The notes under the pieces were generated by a model, which worked only from the letters and a program-made list of their open reading frames with translations, was not told where the DNA came from and searched no databases. A stretch of DNA of 64,000 nt from Harriotta raleighana (Eukaryota): the NCBI GenBank assembly GCA_050575255.1, contig JBNZDD010013646.1, positions 2,163,491 through 2,227,490 of the forward strand, in the 5' to 3' direction. Position 1 is the first letter of the stretch, and each line of letters starts with the position of its first letter. The position numbers and the translations under genes were made by a program. Below are positions 1 to 13,556 of this stretch, piece after piece.

Positions 1-180
1 GAGGAGTAGGGGGATAGGGCAAGTGGTGTCCTTGAAATTAGGGCTACACCACCGCCACGGCGGTTGGGGCGAGGGATGTGGTGGGCGGTGTAGCCGGGTG
101 GTGTGGCCTCCGTGAGGGGGAGGGTGTCACCTGGGGTGAGCCAGGTTTCCGTTAAGGCCATGATGTCAACGTTCTCATCG
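1..180 (-). mobile_element. Young L2/CR1-group LINE ORF2, APE endonuclease N-terminal part, 5'-truncated near 180 and running off the left edge
   Basis: The minus strand translates without stops as DENVDIMALTETWLTPGDTLPLTEATPPGYTAHHIPRPNRRGGGVALISR, containing the LTETWL and RGGGVA motifs of LINE APE domains. CpGs are retained. Confidence 0.9.
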
Positions 181-769
181 TACACTCAGTAACAAGACTG
201 TTGGGGAGAGTGTCACTTTCTGGTGATCCTTATAGCCTTCTTTAAATAACAAGAAGGCTTGTTATTTAGCAGTACTGCAAATTTTACCTGAATAAGTTCT
301 GGTGCAGTAACATTACAATGGGCACAATAATCAATGTTGTGTCAGTGGAGTCTAATTTGCATGTTGTATAAAGTATCATCGCATCTTTCCAGAGAATTCC
401 AAGGGTCTTTGACTATGTAATTCAACTTAAAAAATACACATTAACTCTATTTTATAATGGATCTACGATGTTGTACCACAGTTGAAAAATTCTATATCAA
501 ATGTCATTCATTACATTATTCTTTTGTCCCATCTGTTGTCCTTCTGAATCAAGTGAACATCTCCAGTTTGAAACAACACTCACTTATTGATACTGCTGTT
601 ATAATGAGAACATAGATGGTGATATAGATACTTCCAAGCTCAATTATGTACCTGTCACTGCCTCGAGAATGTGCCTTAGCCTCCTCTGACAGTTCTCATG
701 GCTGAAGTTTAGATAAGACTTTTTTCTAGGTCTGTAGATAGGTGCCTAAGTTGTTGCCTCATTCACAGC

Positions 770-1085
770 AACTTCCTTGCCCTGCCATCGGCAGCTGGGC
801 TTTCAGCTTCTCTGCCACTGTACTTTGCATCTCCATCTCACAATCTCTTCACCTTGCTTCCTCCCTTGTCTCCTTCAAGACCGGTCTCAAGACCCTCCTC
901 TTCGACCATGCCTTTATTCTTCCTCCTATCTCTCTGCCGTCTCTCATCCTAATCCTGCCCTCGCCCTACCCCCACTGCCAGCCAAGCGCCCCCATGCTCG
1001 TTTTCTGACATCTAACTGTTCAACACCTTGGTATGTTGTCCCGATATGAAAGGTGCTCTATAAATGTAATTTTGTTGTTGTTCTT
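770..1085 (+). mobile_element. L2 LINE 3' end (tail type A)
   Basis: ORF2 C-terminal remnant IGSWAFSFSA...SFKTGLKTLLF, then tail tgaaaggtgctctataaatgtaattttgttgttg. Confidence 0.85.
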
Positions 1086-1309
1086 CTTCTTCTTGATCTC
1101 ACTGTTATCTTTGACACTATCAACCACATCTCCTCTCAGCTCTGTCATTATGCCTACTTCTAACATTACCGTTTCCCTTCAGCCAACAGGCTAAACCATG
1201 CAATAAGAATGTCTAAGCTTGTTTACAACAACACTCTGCTCACTCGATTCTCAGCTCTTCTCTACACAATAGACTATACAGAATTTTGCACTCAATGGCA
1301 TTGCCCATA

Positions 1310-1485
1310 GAAAAGTCCTATATCAAATGCAAGGATTATTATTGTACCATGCAATCCTATCATTCCAATCCTCACTCGGGTCTACAAGCTTCCCATTCCA
1401 CAGAGTATTGAGTTCAAGAACCTCGCCCTTATTTTCAAATCCCTCCATGGTTTTACCCCACCATCAGCAGTTGGGCTTTCAGTCT
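1310..1485 (+). mobile_element. SINE 3' tail fused to a degraded L2 fragment
   Basis: ctatatcaaatgcaaggattattatt (SINE tail), then attgagttcaagaacctcgccctt (IEFK-type L2 ORF2 C-terminal motif). Confidence 0.6.
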
Positions 1486-1935
1486 AATCATTCGGCTCAT
1501 ATCTGTTGCTCTGTTCTTCATGGTTGTACAATTATCTTCATTGACGTGCAAGAGAACTGATTTATATTATTTGCTCCACTTATGTGATACAAAATCATTT
1601 TCTGCATGGCTAGAATGGTTATAAGCAGGATACTTTAAAAATGGTCAATTATTATTAAAATTAAAATTGAAGCAGTACTCAGGTAGTAAAACTGCGGTTA
1701 GGAAATGCAACTAGAAAAAAAAGTGAAATTAAGAACACCTGAATGGTTATCATTAAAATTTGAGAATCGTTTTATATAAAGTAGTATTGTAAACTTCCTA
1801 TAAACTTAGTAGCCTGAGCATTGAAAAGGCATTCAACTAAGAAACGTGAAATTAAGTATGACGTAAAACAGCTCTCCTAATCTTGATTATGGATTTGTGT
1901 CCTCAAAAGAGGCAGCATAATTACCATTATGTAAT

Positions 1936-2105
1936 TATAATAATAATCCTTGCATATAATACAACACGTTTCACTTCTTCTGGACATCTGAAAGTGCTTC
2001 ACAGAATATACTGTAAAGTGAATGACTGTATATTTCGAGGGTGAAATTTGAAACCAATTGCACACAGCAGTGCCCACAAACGGTCGTGGATTGAGTGGCT
2101 AAATT
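1936..2105 (-). mobile_element. Young tRNA/Deu SINE, 3' half
   Basis: Reverse complement of the family tail and core (gtgggcactgctgtgtgcaattgg), matching full copies at 13166 and 29976. Confidence 0.85.
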
Positions 2106-2324
2106 ATTATGATTTCATTTATTTAGTATAAATGCTGAATAAATGTTTCGCACTTTAGGCTGAATTTAAAAAAATGGATTGGGGAAAAAAAAGCTGAAAA
2201 TGAGAATCCTTTCTTGGTGAAAGCGAATCAGCATAATGTAAAGTAGCCCCACACAAATGATAGGAAGCCTTCCCTACTTTTAGAGTCAGAAACTTTAAAA
2301 ATCATCAACAATTATATGTCGCTT

Positions 2325-2560
2325 TTTACATTTCCCAAGGCATTTTACAGACCAGGAGTGAGATGGATGAGCCAAGTGATCTGGGGTCTGAGACAGTAGC
2401 AAAGATGACAGAGGGTACACTCATATTGAAGGACACTAGGCAGCTATTGAAGGAGGTGAGGGACGGGTGAGTCTTAGGGGCTGTAATAATGATTTCCAGC
2501 GACTGGGGGCACATAGCCTGTAAGTTCAACTTCCAATGTTGAGGCATGTAGAGTTCTCCC
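2325..2560 (-). mobile_element. Degraded L2 3' end
   Basis: Purine-rich on the plus strand; the minus strand resembles L2 C-terminus and tail (PSLTSFNSCL, ccttgggaaatg). Confidence 0.5.
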
Positions 2561-2569
2561 CACAATGCT

Positions 2570-3045
2570 GTGTATCCCTATCAATCTCACTGTTGTCCAA
2601 TTCCACTGTCTCGCCATCCCAGAGATTAGGGTTCAAAATCCTCAACCTCGCCTTCAACCTCTCCTTGGCATTTTGCTCCTTCCAAACTCTATGACCTGCT
2701 AACTCTGTATCAACCTGTCCACTCCCTTCTCTCAGCAGGCCCCGGTTGCTCCATATCCCCTACCCAGCCTGCGCCACCATCGGCGGTGAAGCCTTCAGCT
2801 TCTCTGTCCCCATCCTATGCAATTCCATCCGAGATCTCTTTGACTCACTCCCTCTCATCTTTCTTTCAAAGCACGTCTTCAGACTCTCCTCTTCAACCAT
2901 GACTTCAGCCAACTGCCCACCATCCCTGCATTCCAACCTTCCTGATCACAATTGCCTATTTGGGAACAATTACTGATTGTACAGCAACTTTGAGACATCC
3001 TCCCAATGTTAAAATTGCAATTAAAAAAAGATCCATTGTATTTGC
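2570..3045 (+). mobile_element. L2 LINE 3' fragment
   Basis: FKILNLAF and TIGGEAFSFS remnants; tail ctttgagacatcctcccaatgttaaaa. Confidence 0.8.
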
Positions 3046-4109
3046 AGTTATTCATTTAAAAAATGGTAAAAAAAAATGTTGAGACGATAAATAGAATTTA
3101 TTTTGTACATGGAGAATAAAAAGTACAGTACTTGGATTAAATGTTCATTTAAGACAGTATTCCCATAACTAGCACAAAAATACTGGAAACTGTGTGGTGA
3201 CAAGTTTAAATTGTCTGATTGGCTACAAGACACAGATTTAGGTGCAACCACTGTATCTGAACTAAGTCGGAGGATGTTCAGCTATGGCCAGTTACCACCA
3301 GTGATAATCATTACATCAGAGACTGCATTTGACACCCCAATAGTGCATCTTCAGGTTTTGCCACTTTTACAGGTCTGTGAAATAGGTATTTTTCCTGTGT
3401 TGCGGTTTTAAATGCCATATGGAAGATTGGTGGTTGGTTGAGATTAAATGAACCCTGTAAATCGTTTGTTTCTTGTTCCATCATTGTATCATTAATAATG
3501 TCTCTTGCAACCTACTTCACTGCTTTCTCATTGATTTTCTCCAGTTGGTTTAGGTTTTTACTCTTGCTGCTGCTGTTCATCTGACTCCTTGTTACCTAAC
3601 AGTAACTTTTTATTTTTTAAGACATTGTCCAGCTGATCCTACCTCTCCTTCACACTGCAGTCAGTTAGGTTATAATTTTCTTCCATTTGAAGGGCCATAA
3701 CTTCATTCGTCAATATTGTCTCACAAAGATCCCATTTATAATGTTGCAGTGTAGTTCTATGTTGTAGTGAATGATCTGTAGCTCCTATGAGGGTATGCTT
3801 TCACATGTTATTCTATGTCTACATCTTCAGTATTTACAGCAATAATTCATCACACAATAGATATACTGCCGTGACATGTCAGCATTATTTGTTCCTGCTG
3901 CATACAGTAGTTCAAATGGATTTGTGTTGTCTAATATGTCAAAATAATAAACTAGTTCCTTATTCTGATGTTGAAATTCTATATTTTGTTCTTTCTTTTC
4001 TCACCAATCCAAAGTTCACAACATCTCCCTTTTTATATAATTTGTAAAAGTGCATTTACATCACTGAGAAAAATGATTTTCGTTATTGCCCGATAACTTG
4101 TCTCAGGAT

Positions 4110-4630
4110 GAGCTGATTGTGGAGCAAAGGGATTTGGGAATGCATGTACATAAATCATTTCAAGTGGTTGTAAAGAAAGCTCATAGTATTGCCACACAGG
4201 GGCACCGGGTACACCAACAAAGCAATAATGCTCAATCTATACAAACCATATGTTTGACTGCTACTGGAGAAGTGCTTCCAATTTAGGGCACCTCATTTCA
4301 GAAAAGTTACAAAGGCCTTAGAAGGTTGCAGAAGAGTTTGATGAGAACGATTCCAGATATGAAGTGCTGCATTTATGAGGAATGGTTGGAAATGTTGGAT
4401 CAGTTTGCATGGAGCAGAGAAGGTTAAAGGGAGACCTAATAAAGGTGCATGCAGTTATGAGGGGGGTTGACAGGGTAAATTGGGAGAAGTTTTTTACATT
4501 GATTTGGGATGGAGGGAGAGAAGGGAAGGTGGAATCAGTGACTTGGGCACATAGCTATAACATAGAATAGTAAAAGGAGAACATAGGAAGAATATTTTAA
4601 CCCAAACAATTGTTGGTATGGGGAATTGAA
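4110..4630 (+). mobile_element. CR1 LINE ORF2 C-terminal fragment, degraded
   Basis: EQRDLGMHVHKS and EQRRLKGDLIKVHAVMRGVDRV are typical CR1 C-terminal motifs. Confidence 0.85.
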
Positions 4631-4799
4631 AATATAAATTTAAATGAAAATACCTTCAAACAGCAGACAGATCTTCTCTATCAGATAAATATTAAATGTA
4701 CAAAATACACATCTCTACTCTTTATTGTATATCATGCAACCAATGCCTGACGTAAAAGGTGTTACACCAAATGTAATGATTGTTATTATTATCAAATCA

Positions 4800-5170
4800 G
4801 AAGTATGAAGGCATCGGGCAATGTTGCAGAGTTAGGGGAAGGGAGAGCAGATCATGGCATGGATTTGGCATAGAAAGTACAGTTGAGCGTCAAACAAGAC
4901 ACCAAGGTTCAGACTGGCTTACTAAAGTAGAGTGTGGACCAATAGATGGTGATGTTATCAGCATCTGAAATGTGGAGGCCCTGAATGAAGCCAATCAGAA
5001 GGATCTTGGTCTTGTTGACGTTCAACTGTACAGAGTGATCTCTTATCCAGTACTTAATGTCTGACGACTATCAAGATAGCAGTAGTCCTGGAATCAATGG
5101 TAGAGGCAGAGAGATAGAGTTGAGTATCCACATATAAGTGGAAGTTGACCCAATGTCTGCAGATGAATGC
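4800..5170 (-). mobile_element. L2 reverse transcriptase fragment
   Basis: Minus strand aacttccacttatatgtggatactcaactctatctc is a degraded FHxYADDTQLYL motif, followed by LNVNKT. Confidence 0.8.
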
Positions 5171-8008
5171 GGAGCATTTCCTTACATCAAAGAAATTAGG
5201 TACATTAATTGCTTTAAAATGAGCTTTTCACCAGCATCCCAGTCTAATATAAAACTGGTGATGAATAATGATAGTTAAGTCATTGAGTTTTGTTTTGTAT
5301 TTTCCAGTATGGTTACATTTAAATAATAATTTAGAAAGTAATCATTGGCGTAATATCCTGCTTGATTTGAAAATGCTTTGAACCACAACATTGCATGTTT
5401 AATGTTCATGCATGAACAATGCAAAGAATTAAGTGCTTTTTAAGGCAGTTGAATGACCGCAATCAATGAAGTAATAGATGTAATAATAAACTCGACATGA
5501 TTGCTACAGTGTTGATGCTTGTGTTGAACATGTACATTACTTGTACTATTCCTTTATTTCTTTATCATGGGCTTTTACCTTTGGAATTCTTTTCCAGGTA
5601 ATTACAATTGAGTTTGATGCAAGGGACATGAAACCATGCACATTTGTATTACTAGTAAACAATTAATCTACATATCCCATGTGGCCAGCAATAAAAATAA
5701 ATCTGTCACCACTTGCCACATCAAATAACTATGCAATTGTAACCTACATTATCCATAAATGTGGCTCTTGTCTTTCCTCCCCTCTTACTCTATCAGTCAT
5801 GTCTATTCGGGTACAGGCACGACATGCAGTACATCAAAGGACTATGCACCACAGCTGCTATATGTACATGATTCTCATTAAAGTTATTGTCTTGCCATCA
5901 AAACTACTATGGGAAAAGATGTGCTGAACATAAAGATGTGCTGAACAAGACATCTCCCTTCTATTTAGTTACAACGTGTGAAGAAGACATTCCAAGAGGC
6001 GAATCACTATTAGCACATTTTTATTGTTTTTTATGTATCAGATTTATTGACAGTTTATTTGTATATAACATTGAGCTGAATGCTAACCGGAGACAGTACA
6101 AAAACTAAAAATCACCTGGTTAAAATGTGAAATTCAGTGTCAGATTTATTATTCATTGCAATCCCAAATTGTTTTTATCTGCCTACATTTTTCAGGGTAA
6201 ATTCTTCCCCTCAACACTACATTCTTTTAACATTGGCACAGTGATTTGGTCCGAAGCCACGAACAGTCTCTGAATGACATAACCTTTGTTTTTTGGACTA
6301 AAAGCCTATGATCTGGGCCTTCGGTACTGATTCTGATTAAATTAGGTCTCAAAGGAGATCACTGGGATTAAAACAAAGATGAAGCAGAGCGGGGACTGCA
6401 ACTGGCTTCAGGGGTGTGTAGAGATAGTGTGAAATGTTCCCACTGATTCACATTCAAAGTTAGCTACAAATTTGGATTGCATTTTTGGCTAGTTGATATT
6501 TATCACTGGTGAGAGATGTCCAGAGGGGATTGTGGTGAAGGAAGAGTGAAGGAGTAGTGGTCCCAAGCTAGAGAGATGCAATTAGCAGAATGATGTTGCT
6601 GCAATTTTGAAATCATTTTGTTGGGCTTGACAAGTTTTAACAATTCTGTGCTGATTTGGGATGATTGCCTATAGTGTTGCTTAATGTGCTAGAATTGATT
6701 CCTTAATATGAATCCAATATGATTCCTACTGCAGATGTGAACCTAACTGGTGTACAATTCCCAGCATCTTGGTTTTATTTGAAAAAAGAACATTATTAGT
6801 TATTCTCCATCAAATGATATTACCTCCGTGCTTAATGAGATGTAGAAAAATTCAGCCGAATCTTCCCTGCTTTTGCTCTCATTTCCTTAAGTATATTAGG
6901 ATGCACTCAGTCTGAACTTGTTAACTTATAAATATTCAAGCCCTCTTCTTTTTTAATGACCACAGACAGAATTATTCCAGTGTGTAGCCATTTAGTTGGT
7001 AATTACTACTCAAGCAATATTGTGCTATTTTTCACATTTTTGAAGGGTAATTTGCTGCCTATAGAAACTTCAAGTCATTCAATGACAATGGAAGAATGCA
7101 AAACCTACAGTTTTACCTCACAAACTGAGCATTTAACCTCTATTCTCTGCAGGGACTGTTTGCAGTGAAGTCAAGAGAATGATCAAAATGACTTGATTTC
7201 AATACAAACAAAAACCAAATTTCTAAAGAGTATATTTTAATTAAAAACATATTTTGTACCAGGAAAAACAGGAGTTAATGATCTAAAGTCAAACACATTC
7301 ACACGCATCAAGTAAGATACAAAGAAACAGGATTGCACACAAACACATTAAAATAAATATTCAAATCCAATATTGGATGGTCAGATGATTGGCGAAAAAT
7401 GAACAATTGACTGAAACAAAAAAATGTCAGGGAAGAGAATGATTTGCAGCAAATAATTAATCAATAAAACATGTTTTCCTAACTTCATCTGAGCTTGTGC
7501 ACTTCCAAAATGTAGCATTAGTTCACAATGATATTTCCACATTACAATTAAATCTTGAAATATGCAGCCTGCCATGATGTAATGATTGTAGATAGTTTAA
7601 TATGATCAAACATCATTCAAAGTCGTACATTGCATCATAGTCAATCTACTTGCAATATTTTCACGAACAACAGTTTATTCCCAGGAGAAAAATAATTTTA
7701 TAAAAAGGGAGGTAACGAACCCTATTCAAATCCATTTTAATGCAAAAACAATAAACACACTGAGTGTACAGAAATGTTACATGACAGGTTCATTATTTAC
7801 CAATAGTGTAAATTGAAGATGAACTACTTTGGCATCAAATAATAACCTCTATTAAGCTTTCAAAAGATTAAATGATGTAGGCGTAGTTTTGAAAACTCAC
7901 TCCAGACAATCATTTTCTATTGGGTGGTAAAAGACAGTCAGGATTATTCCATCATGTACTGTATTAATAACCATTTCTTCAAGGAATTTTGCCCCTCCAA
8001 CCATAACA

Positions 8009-8560
8009 TGAGACACCTGGAAGATGTGAAAAGCGCTATATCAAATGAAAGGATTATTATTATTGTTGTTATTGTTATTATATTATAATAAGGTAATTGT
8101 ATTTTATTATTTTCCATGATGATTATCTCTCCGCCTCGCTCGATTCCCTTACATTCTTCAAGGCCCATCTCAAGAACTTCTGACCATGCTTCAACCATTT
8201 CTACCTTCAATGCTCTTAATTCCAAATCCCAGCTCAGGTGCAAACCTACAACTGTCCAAAGCCTTGAAACATCCTTTCAATATTAAAAGCACAAGATTAA
8301 ATGTAATTTGTTTTTATTGTACAATATTATGAATGAATGGATAAACTTATACATGTATAAGTATTTTGGAGCAGTGTGTTCATTGGAGATGTTAATGAGA
8401 AAGATTTTATGACAAGCCGATTCCTACTTCTTTGAATGTGCCTCTCGCCACTTCCCTTTCCCTTTCTCCATTGGTCGATGTACAAATTCATTTCCGTGAA
8501 ACACTCCAAAACATAACCCAAACACGAAGGACACTAAAATGCAAATTGTTGTTGTTGTAA
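8009..8560 (+). mobile_element. Cluster of three short 3' tails: SINE tail ~8009-8075, L2 tails ~8125-8320 and ~8420-8560
   Basis: gtgaaaagcgctatatcaaatgaaaggattattatt; ttcttcaaggcccatctcaag...aatgtaatttg; aaatgcaaattgttgttgttg. Confidence 0.65.
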
Positions 8561-8614
8561 AATATAATTTTGTTGTTGTTTTTGTCATTGAAGGAAGAGC
8601 CTCAATGGATACTT

Positions 8615-8755
8615 GTAGTTTGGAGGGTGCTGTCCTTCTGACGAGACATCAAACCAAGATGCTTTCTGCCTATTCTGATGGACATTAATGATTGCATGAC
8701 ACTATTCAAAAAGACAAGGAAGTATCTCCCACTGTCCTGGAAAATATTGCTCATT
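8615..8755 (+). mobile_element. Older Deu-type SINE (SacSINE1/AmnSINE1-like) internal fragment
   Basis: ggagggtgctgtccttctgacgagacatcaaaccaag...actattcaaaaag...tgtcctggaaaatatt resembles the DeuSINE body; a related fragment lies at 11848-11945. Confidence 0.65.
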
Positions 8756-8764
8756 CATTTAATG

Positions 8765-9042
8765 ACTGTCTCCACTGGCTCCCCATCCCCCAGAGGATCA
8801 AATTCAAGATCCTCCTCCTGACTTTCAAGGCTATTCACAGATTTGCCCCCACCTATCTCTCCAACCTGCTGTCCTCTATCAGCTTGCCCATCCTCTCCAT
8901 TCATTGGGCTCTGCCCTGCTCCATGTCCCCTGCCCGAACCACCCTACCATTGGTGGCCGGGCTTTCAGCCTCTCTGCCCCCACATTCTGGAACTCCTCCC
9001 TTTCCTCCTTCAAGGCCGGCCTCAAGACTTTCCTCTTCGACC
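8765..9042 (+). mobile_element. L2 ORF2 C-terminal fragment
   Basis: [23 protein letters not shown] and TIGGRAFSLSAPTFWNS...FKAGLKTFLF. Confidence 0.9.
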
Positions 9043-9046
9043 AAAA

Positions 9047-9400
9047 TAAAGTACTAATACAATATTCTATTATTAGTGCTGTTATTACCGTATTTAGTCT
9101 ATTACAGTGTACAATATTTACAATAATGTAACAATACAATATTCTGTTATTACAGTACTGTATCTGTTATTACTGTATTTAGTCTTATTTATATGGTACA
9201 GTGTTCAACATGTACAATAAAGAACCCATAGAATATTGTTATTATCTGCTATTATTTAGTCTATTAATAATATGGTATGTGTTAAAATAATTTTTTATTT
9301 AAAAATAAATAAATAATAATTTTTAAAAACGTTTAACCGGAAAGCCATTTAACCAGCACTGGCTATGTCCCGTGGGTGCCGGATAAACGGGCTTTTACTG
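9047..9400. mobile_element. Right-hand part of a Tigger/pogo-like MITE (TIR CAGTAAAA...TTTATCCGGCAC)
   Basis: Ends gtcccgtgggtgccggataaacgggcttttactg|TA. The interior matches 16480-16665 and 61130-61288, with about three degenerate AT-rich internal repeats. The other end is missing. Confidence 0.8.
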
Positions 9401-10199
9401 TATTCTGATTAGTATTACAATTTTTCAGCCTCCATGAAATTGTAAATCACAAGCTGCTGTTTAATACAATATATTATTTTGAAAATATAGCATTAAATGT
9501 GTTTTGGAAGTGAGCAAGAGATCGAATTGAGTAGTTGAGGTATTAAGAACTGAGAATACTCTGGAGTTTTGGTTTGAATATATTTGATAAGGCTTCTTCT
9601 GCATAAGATTCATTTCCCCCTCGTCCTTCCCTGAGGAATAAATGGTCGAAAGGAAACAATGGTGGGAGGGGTTGTGTTAGAATTGGTGCAAGGAGCATAT
9701 CATTGGAGGTTTAGATGAACAAAGCTGTTCTACTTATTTGATCTACCCTGTAGTCTTTCTATTATGCAAAAAGCTGTTTCATAAATGAGTCTTGCGTCCT
9801 GCGGGAGAAATTCCATCTGTTTCGAAGCTCACACTAATTTCTCAGCAATTCTCATGTGTAGAATTTGGCAAATACTTCAATGCAATATAAATTTTTAAGG
9901 CAGTTTTCCATATATTCTTTTAGCAAAGAACTCTGAAATGCGGCTTCAAAATTAAGACTAAATTGAAGAAATTTGAAAATTCTACACAATCTGCAATGTT
10001 AAGAAAACAGTGTAAGTTTAGACCAAGGTGGAATTTTTCCTCATGTCTTCTCCCATCCATCATGGTAACTCATTCATTCATTAACTTATTACTGTCTATT
10101 TAAAATATAATGGGCTTTATAATGAATGCATTACTTGAATGCCGTATTAGTTTATTGTACCGTTTGTTTTTCTATCTTCCTATATAGCATTTTCACTAA

Positions 10200-10314
10200 T
10201 GCCCACATATATACAGTGAATTAATTTTGCGAACAAAATGTTCTGTGAAGCACTTTGACACCTCTAGAAGATAGGAAAAGCACTATATCAAATACAAGGA
10301 TTATTATTATTATT
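10200..10314 (+). mobile_element. Young SINE 3' fragment
   Basis: ttctgtgaagcactttgacacctctagaag...tatatcaaatacaaggattattatt. Confidence 0.8.
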
Positions 10315-10629
10315 CCAGTGATATGTGTATAAAACCTTGAAAACTATTACTGTAATGTCACATTGATACACTTGAACAAGTCTCAGAAAATGCTAAGGTT
10401 GCAAAGACTCAGCTACTACCTGGAGCAGTGAATGAATCGACTGCACAACTGTCAACTGAATGCAACCCAAGAATTGGAGGGGACATCAATGATCTTAGTT
10501 CACTATTCTGAGATCATGCAGGGCACTAGGGAAAAGAACATGACTGTGAGTACAAAATTTATTACTTGAATAAAGAATTTTAAAAAGTCAATGGAAACAG
10601 CAACAAAATGCAAATTAAATTTCTAGAAG

Positions 10630-10810
10630 ACCTTTCACATTGGGAGGACGTCCCAAGGCGCTAAAGAGTTAGGGGTCAGAACCCAAGCATGGTAGTGGAG
10701 GGGATGGGGGGGCAGCATTTGGATGAGGCAGGGCAGAGAGGTAGGAGGTTCGCTGAAAGCTTGGTAAAAAAGGTTTTGAGACTGGCTTTGAAGGAAATGA
10801 AGGAGACACC
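10630..10810 (-). mobile_element. L2 3' end
   Basis: tttcacattgggaggacgtcccaaggcgct is the reverse complement of tail type A; SFKASLKTFF. Confidence 0.8.
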
Positions 10811-11109
10811 ATGGAGCATCCTTGAAGAAAGAGAACATCCAAAGGAACCTTCTACAGAGGATTGCAGCAAGCAGGAAAGAGAGCAAATGCAGGCTTGGAT
10901 TCATTAACAAGCACTCTGGGACGTGACCCTGTGTGAAATGTGCTATATAAATGCATGTTATTGTTGTTGTCATTGTAAAATCTATGATTATAGGTTGAAG
11001 AAAAGAAAGCTGAGAGGCAAAATATTCTGGAGAGAAAAAGAAATGAAAGTGAATTAAAGATAGGAGATTAGCAAAGTCGAAGGAATCTCACATAATTTTA
11101 CATTTCTCT

Positions 11110-11300
11110 ATAGAACAAGTTGCATTTAGATAATGTCCTTCACATTTTGGAATGCTTCAATAGCAAGGTGTCAAACACCAAGAAAAGGAGGAGGAGGAGA
11201 AGGGTAAGTGACTAAAAGTCTGATTGAAGAGGTAGGTTTTCAAGTGTGTTTTAAAGACAGATTAGAGAGGAGCAATCTGGACATGTGGAAGGAAAAATAA
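11110..11300 (-). mobile_element. Degraded L2 3' end
   Basis: acaagttgcattta...gtaggttttcaagtgtgttttaaag. Confidence 0.55.
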
Positions 11301-11381
11301 TTCTGAATGCTCAAAAAGTGATGATGGTGCAGAGGGGACAAGGAACTATGCCACTGTTTGAGAAACATGAATAACCTCTTT

Positions 11382-11723
11382 ATAATAATAATCATACTTT
11401 AATTTGTTATAACGCTTTTCATGTCTGCTAAATGTTTCAAAGCACTTCACAGAATATACTATAAAGTGAATTGACTGTATATATTGTGGACAAAATTCGG
11501 CAGCCAATTGTGTACAACAATATTCCACAACAATCGTGGATTGAAATGACCAATTTTTATTATAAAATTATATTATATTTTAGTACATATTTTGGGGTAC
11601 AGATTATTATTAGGCTGTGGAGTAAGAAAACTTGCCCAAGGTTTCACTCTGACCTGCTTGGATTCATAACACAGATCTCACGCTTGTAAGGTGAGTACCC
11701 TAACCACTGAGCTACAGGACTCC
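11382..11723 (-). mobile_element. Full-length young tRNA/Deu SINE
   Basis: Reverse complement of head GGAGTCCTGTAGCTCAGTGGTTAG at the right end, Deu core, and (ATT)n tail at the left end. Confidence 0.9.
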
Positions 11724-13165
11724 TCTGTCTCATTTGGAGAATTAACTTTTTTTCCCAATACCTTTAGATTTGTTGCAGTATTTAAACTTCAAGATTGACA
11801 TTGAATCATCAAAATTGCTGCTCCGCTAAATATACAATGAAAATATGTGATGGGACATCAAACCAAGGTGTTTTCTACCTATTCTGATGGACATGATTAC
11901 ATGACATTAATCAACAAGAATAGTTTCTGTTCCTCCGGAAATGTTGGGAACAGTATTAGTATTGTAATTAGTATTAGAACAGTATTAGAACAGTATTGTT
12001 CCTTCACAATAAAAACCCAGTAGATATGAATTGCATTAGATTGACCTACAAGGTTTGTTAGCTCCCTGACCATCCAAGGAATCTTTGCTGTAGGATGTGA
12101 ACACCCCATCCCACAATTGGTACTATTTTCTCCTTGATAAATTTGACACACAAACAGAATCGGTGTCTGTCTGTAATTCAATCCTGACTGAATGTGAATG
12201 GTTGGGCTCCTCATTACACTAATTTGGAACAAAGTGGAACAAAGAGTTTGATCCCGTCCTCAATTTATTTAACACAATCATTTACCAATAAGTCAATGTG
12301 GTTTTATTTCCCGATCAAAGAGGAAGTTTATGAAACTGCTTTACCAGATATAAATTGATTGATATCAGTATTTTATATTTAACTTCACGGAGAGGTGAGG
12401 GTGAAAGTTTCTCCATCTTCTTTCCTGTATTTCTGCATATCTATTGCTTATATCCATGCAAATAATGTCACCATTTACCCTCTAGCACATACATTTAATT
12501 ACAAATGTTTATTTCTAATGTTTCTTGAATTAGTATTGAATCATTAAAGCTTATTCTTCAATGCTTTCCTTTTCCTATTTGATCATTTTGTAACTTCTTT
12601 CTTTGCCCTGAAAACCATTATTTCTTCATACATCATTAACTTCTGCTTATTAGTATTCACCAAAGTAATGGCCTCTGTGCCCTCTAAATCTAATTTAAAT
12701 GAATCTTAATTACAATACAACAATTTTCCTCCCCATTTGGTTATATGTTTGCTGCACAACCTCATTCTCCCTAAAAGAAAATCCTCATTTATGTACAAAG
12801 CCACCTCAGGTTATGCACCACTCTATTTACCAATTATTTAAGTGAACATGTTGCATGTGTTCTGCTTCTAACCTGCGATTACTTCATGTTGCCAAAACGA
12901 GCAAACAATTAAATAAAAACAGTCTATTTACTTGTATTCTAATCATATTCATTCAGTCTGATATTATTGTGCCTTTTATAATGGGAGAACGTCTCAAAGC
13001 AGGTGAGGATTTACTATAAAGTGTAGTCATGGTGCATTTTGTATATGAGTACATCAGCTAACTTGTGTGCAGCAATATACCACAACAGCCATGAAGTGAA
13101 TTAACAATTTTATCTGAGGATTGTTGGCAAGGATAAACTCTCTTCTCTGTATATCGAGTGCATAT

Positions 13166-13510
13166 GGAGTCCTGTAGTTCAGTGGTTAGAGCACTCGCTT
13201 TGCAAATGTGACACCTGGGTTCAATTCCAGGCAGGGCGAAAAATCGGGCAATTTTCCTTATTCCTTATCACAAACCTGATAATAATCCCTCAAAAAAAAA
13301 AAAAAATTGGTCATTTCAATACATGACCATTTGTGGGACACTGCTGTGCGTAATTTCCAGCTGCATTTTGCCCCTAAAATATACGTCAGAATCTATTTAC
13401 CTGCCTCCCCTTGAGTCATCCAATTCACTTTACTGTATATTCTGTGAAGCATTTTGAGACGTCTAGAAGACATGAAAATGCTATATCAAATGCAAGGATT
13501 ATTATTATTA
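13166..13510 (+). mobile_element. Full-length young tRNA/Deu SINE
   Basis: Pol III A box TAGTTCAGTGG and B box GGTTCAATTCC; Deu core gtgggacactgctgtgcg; L2-like tail ending (ATT)n; ~35 bp extra at 13385-13420. Confidence 0.92.
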
Positions 13511-13556
13511 AATGTTTAATACCCACTTGAAGAGGGAGATAGGACTTCAGTTTAAA

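Noticed and set aside
13166-13240. tRNA-like sequences with A and B boxes
   Set aside because: They are SINE heads repeated many times and continuing into SINE body and tail, not tRNA genes.
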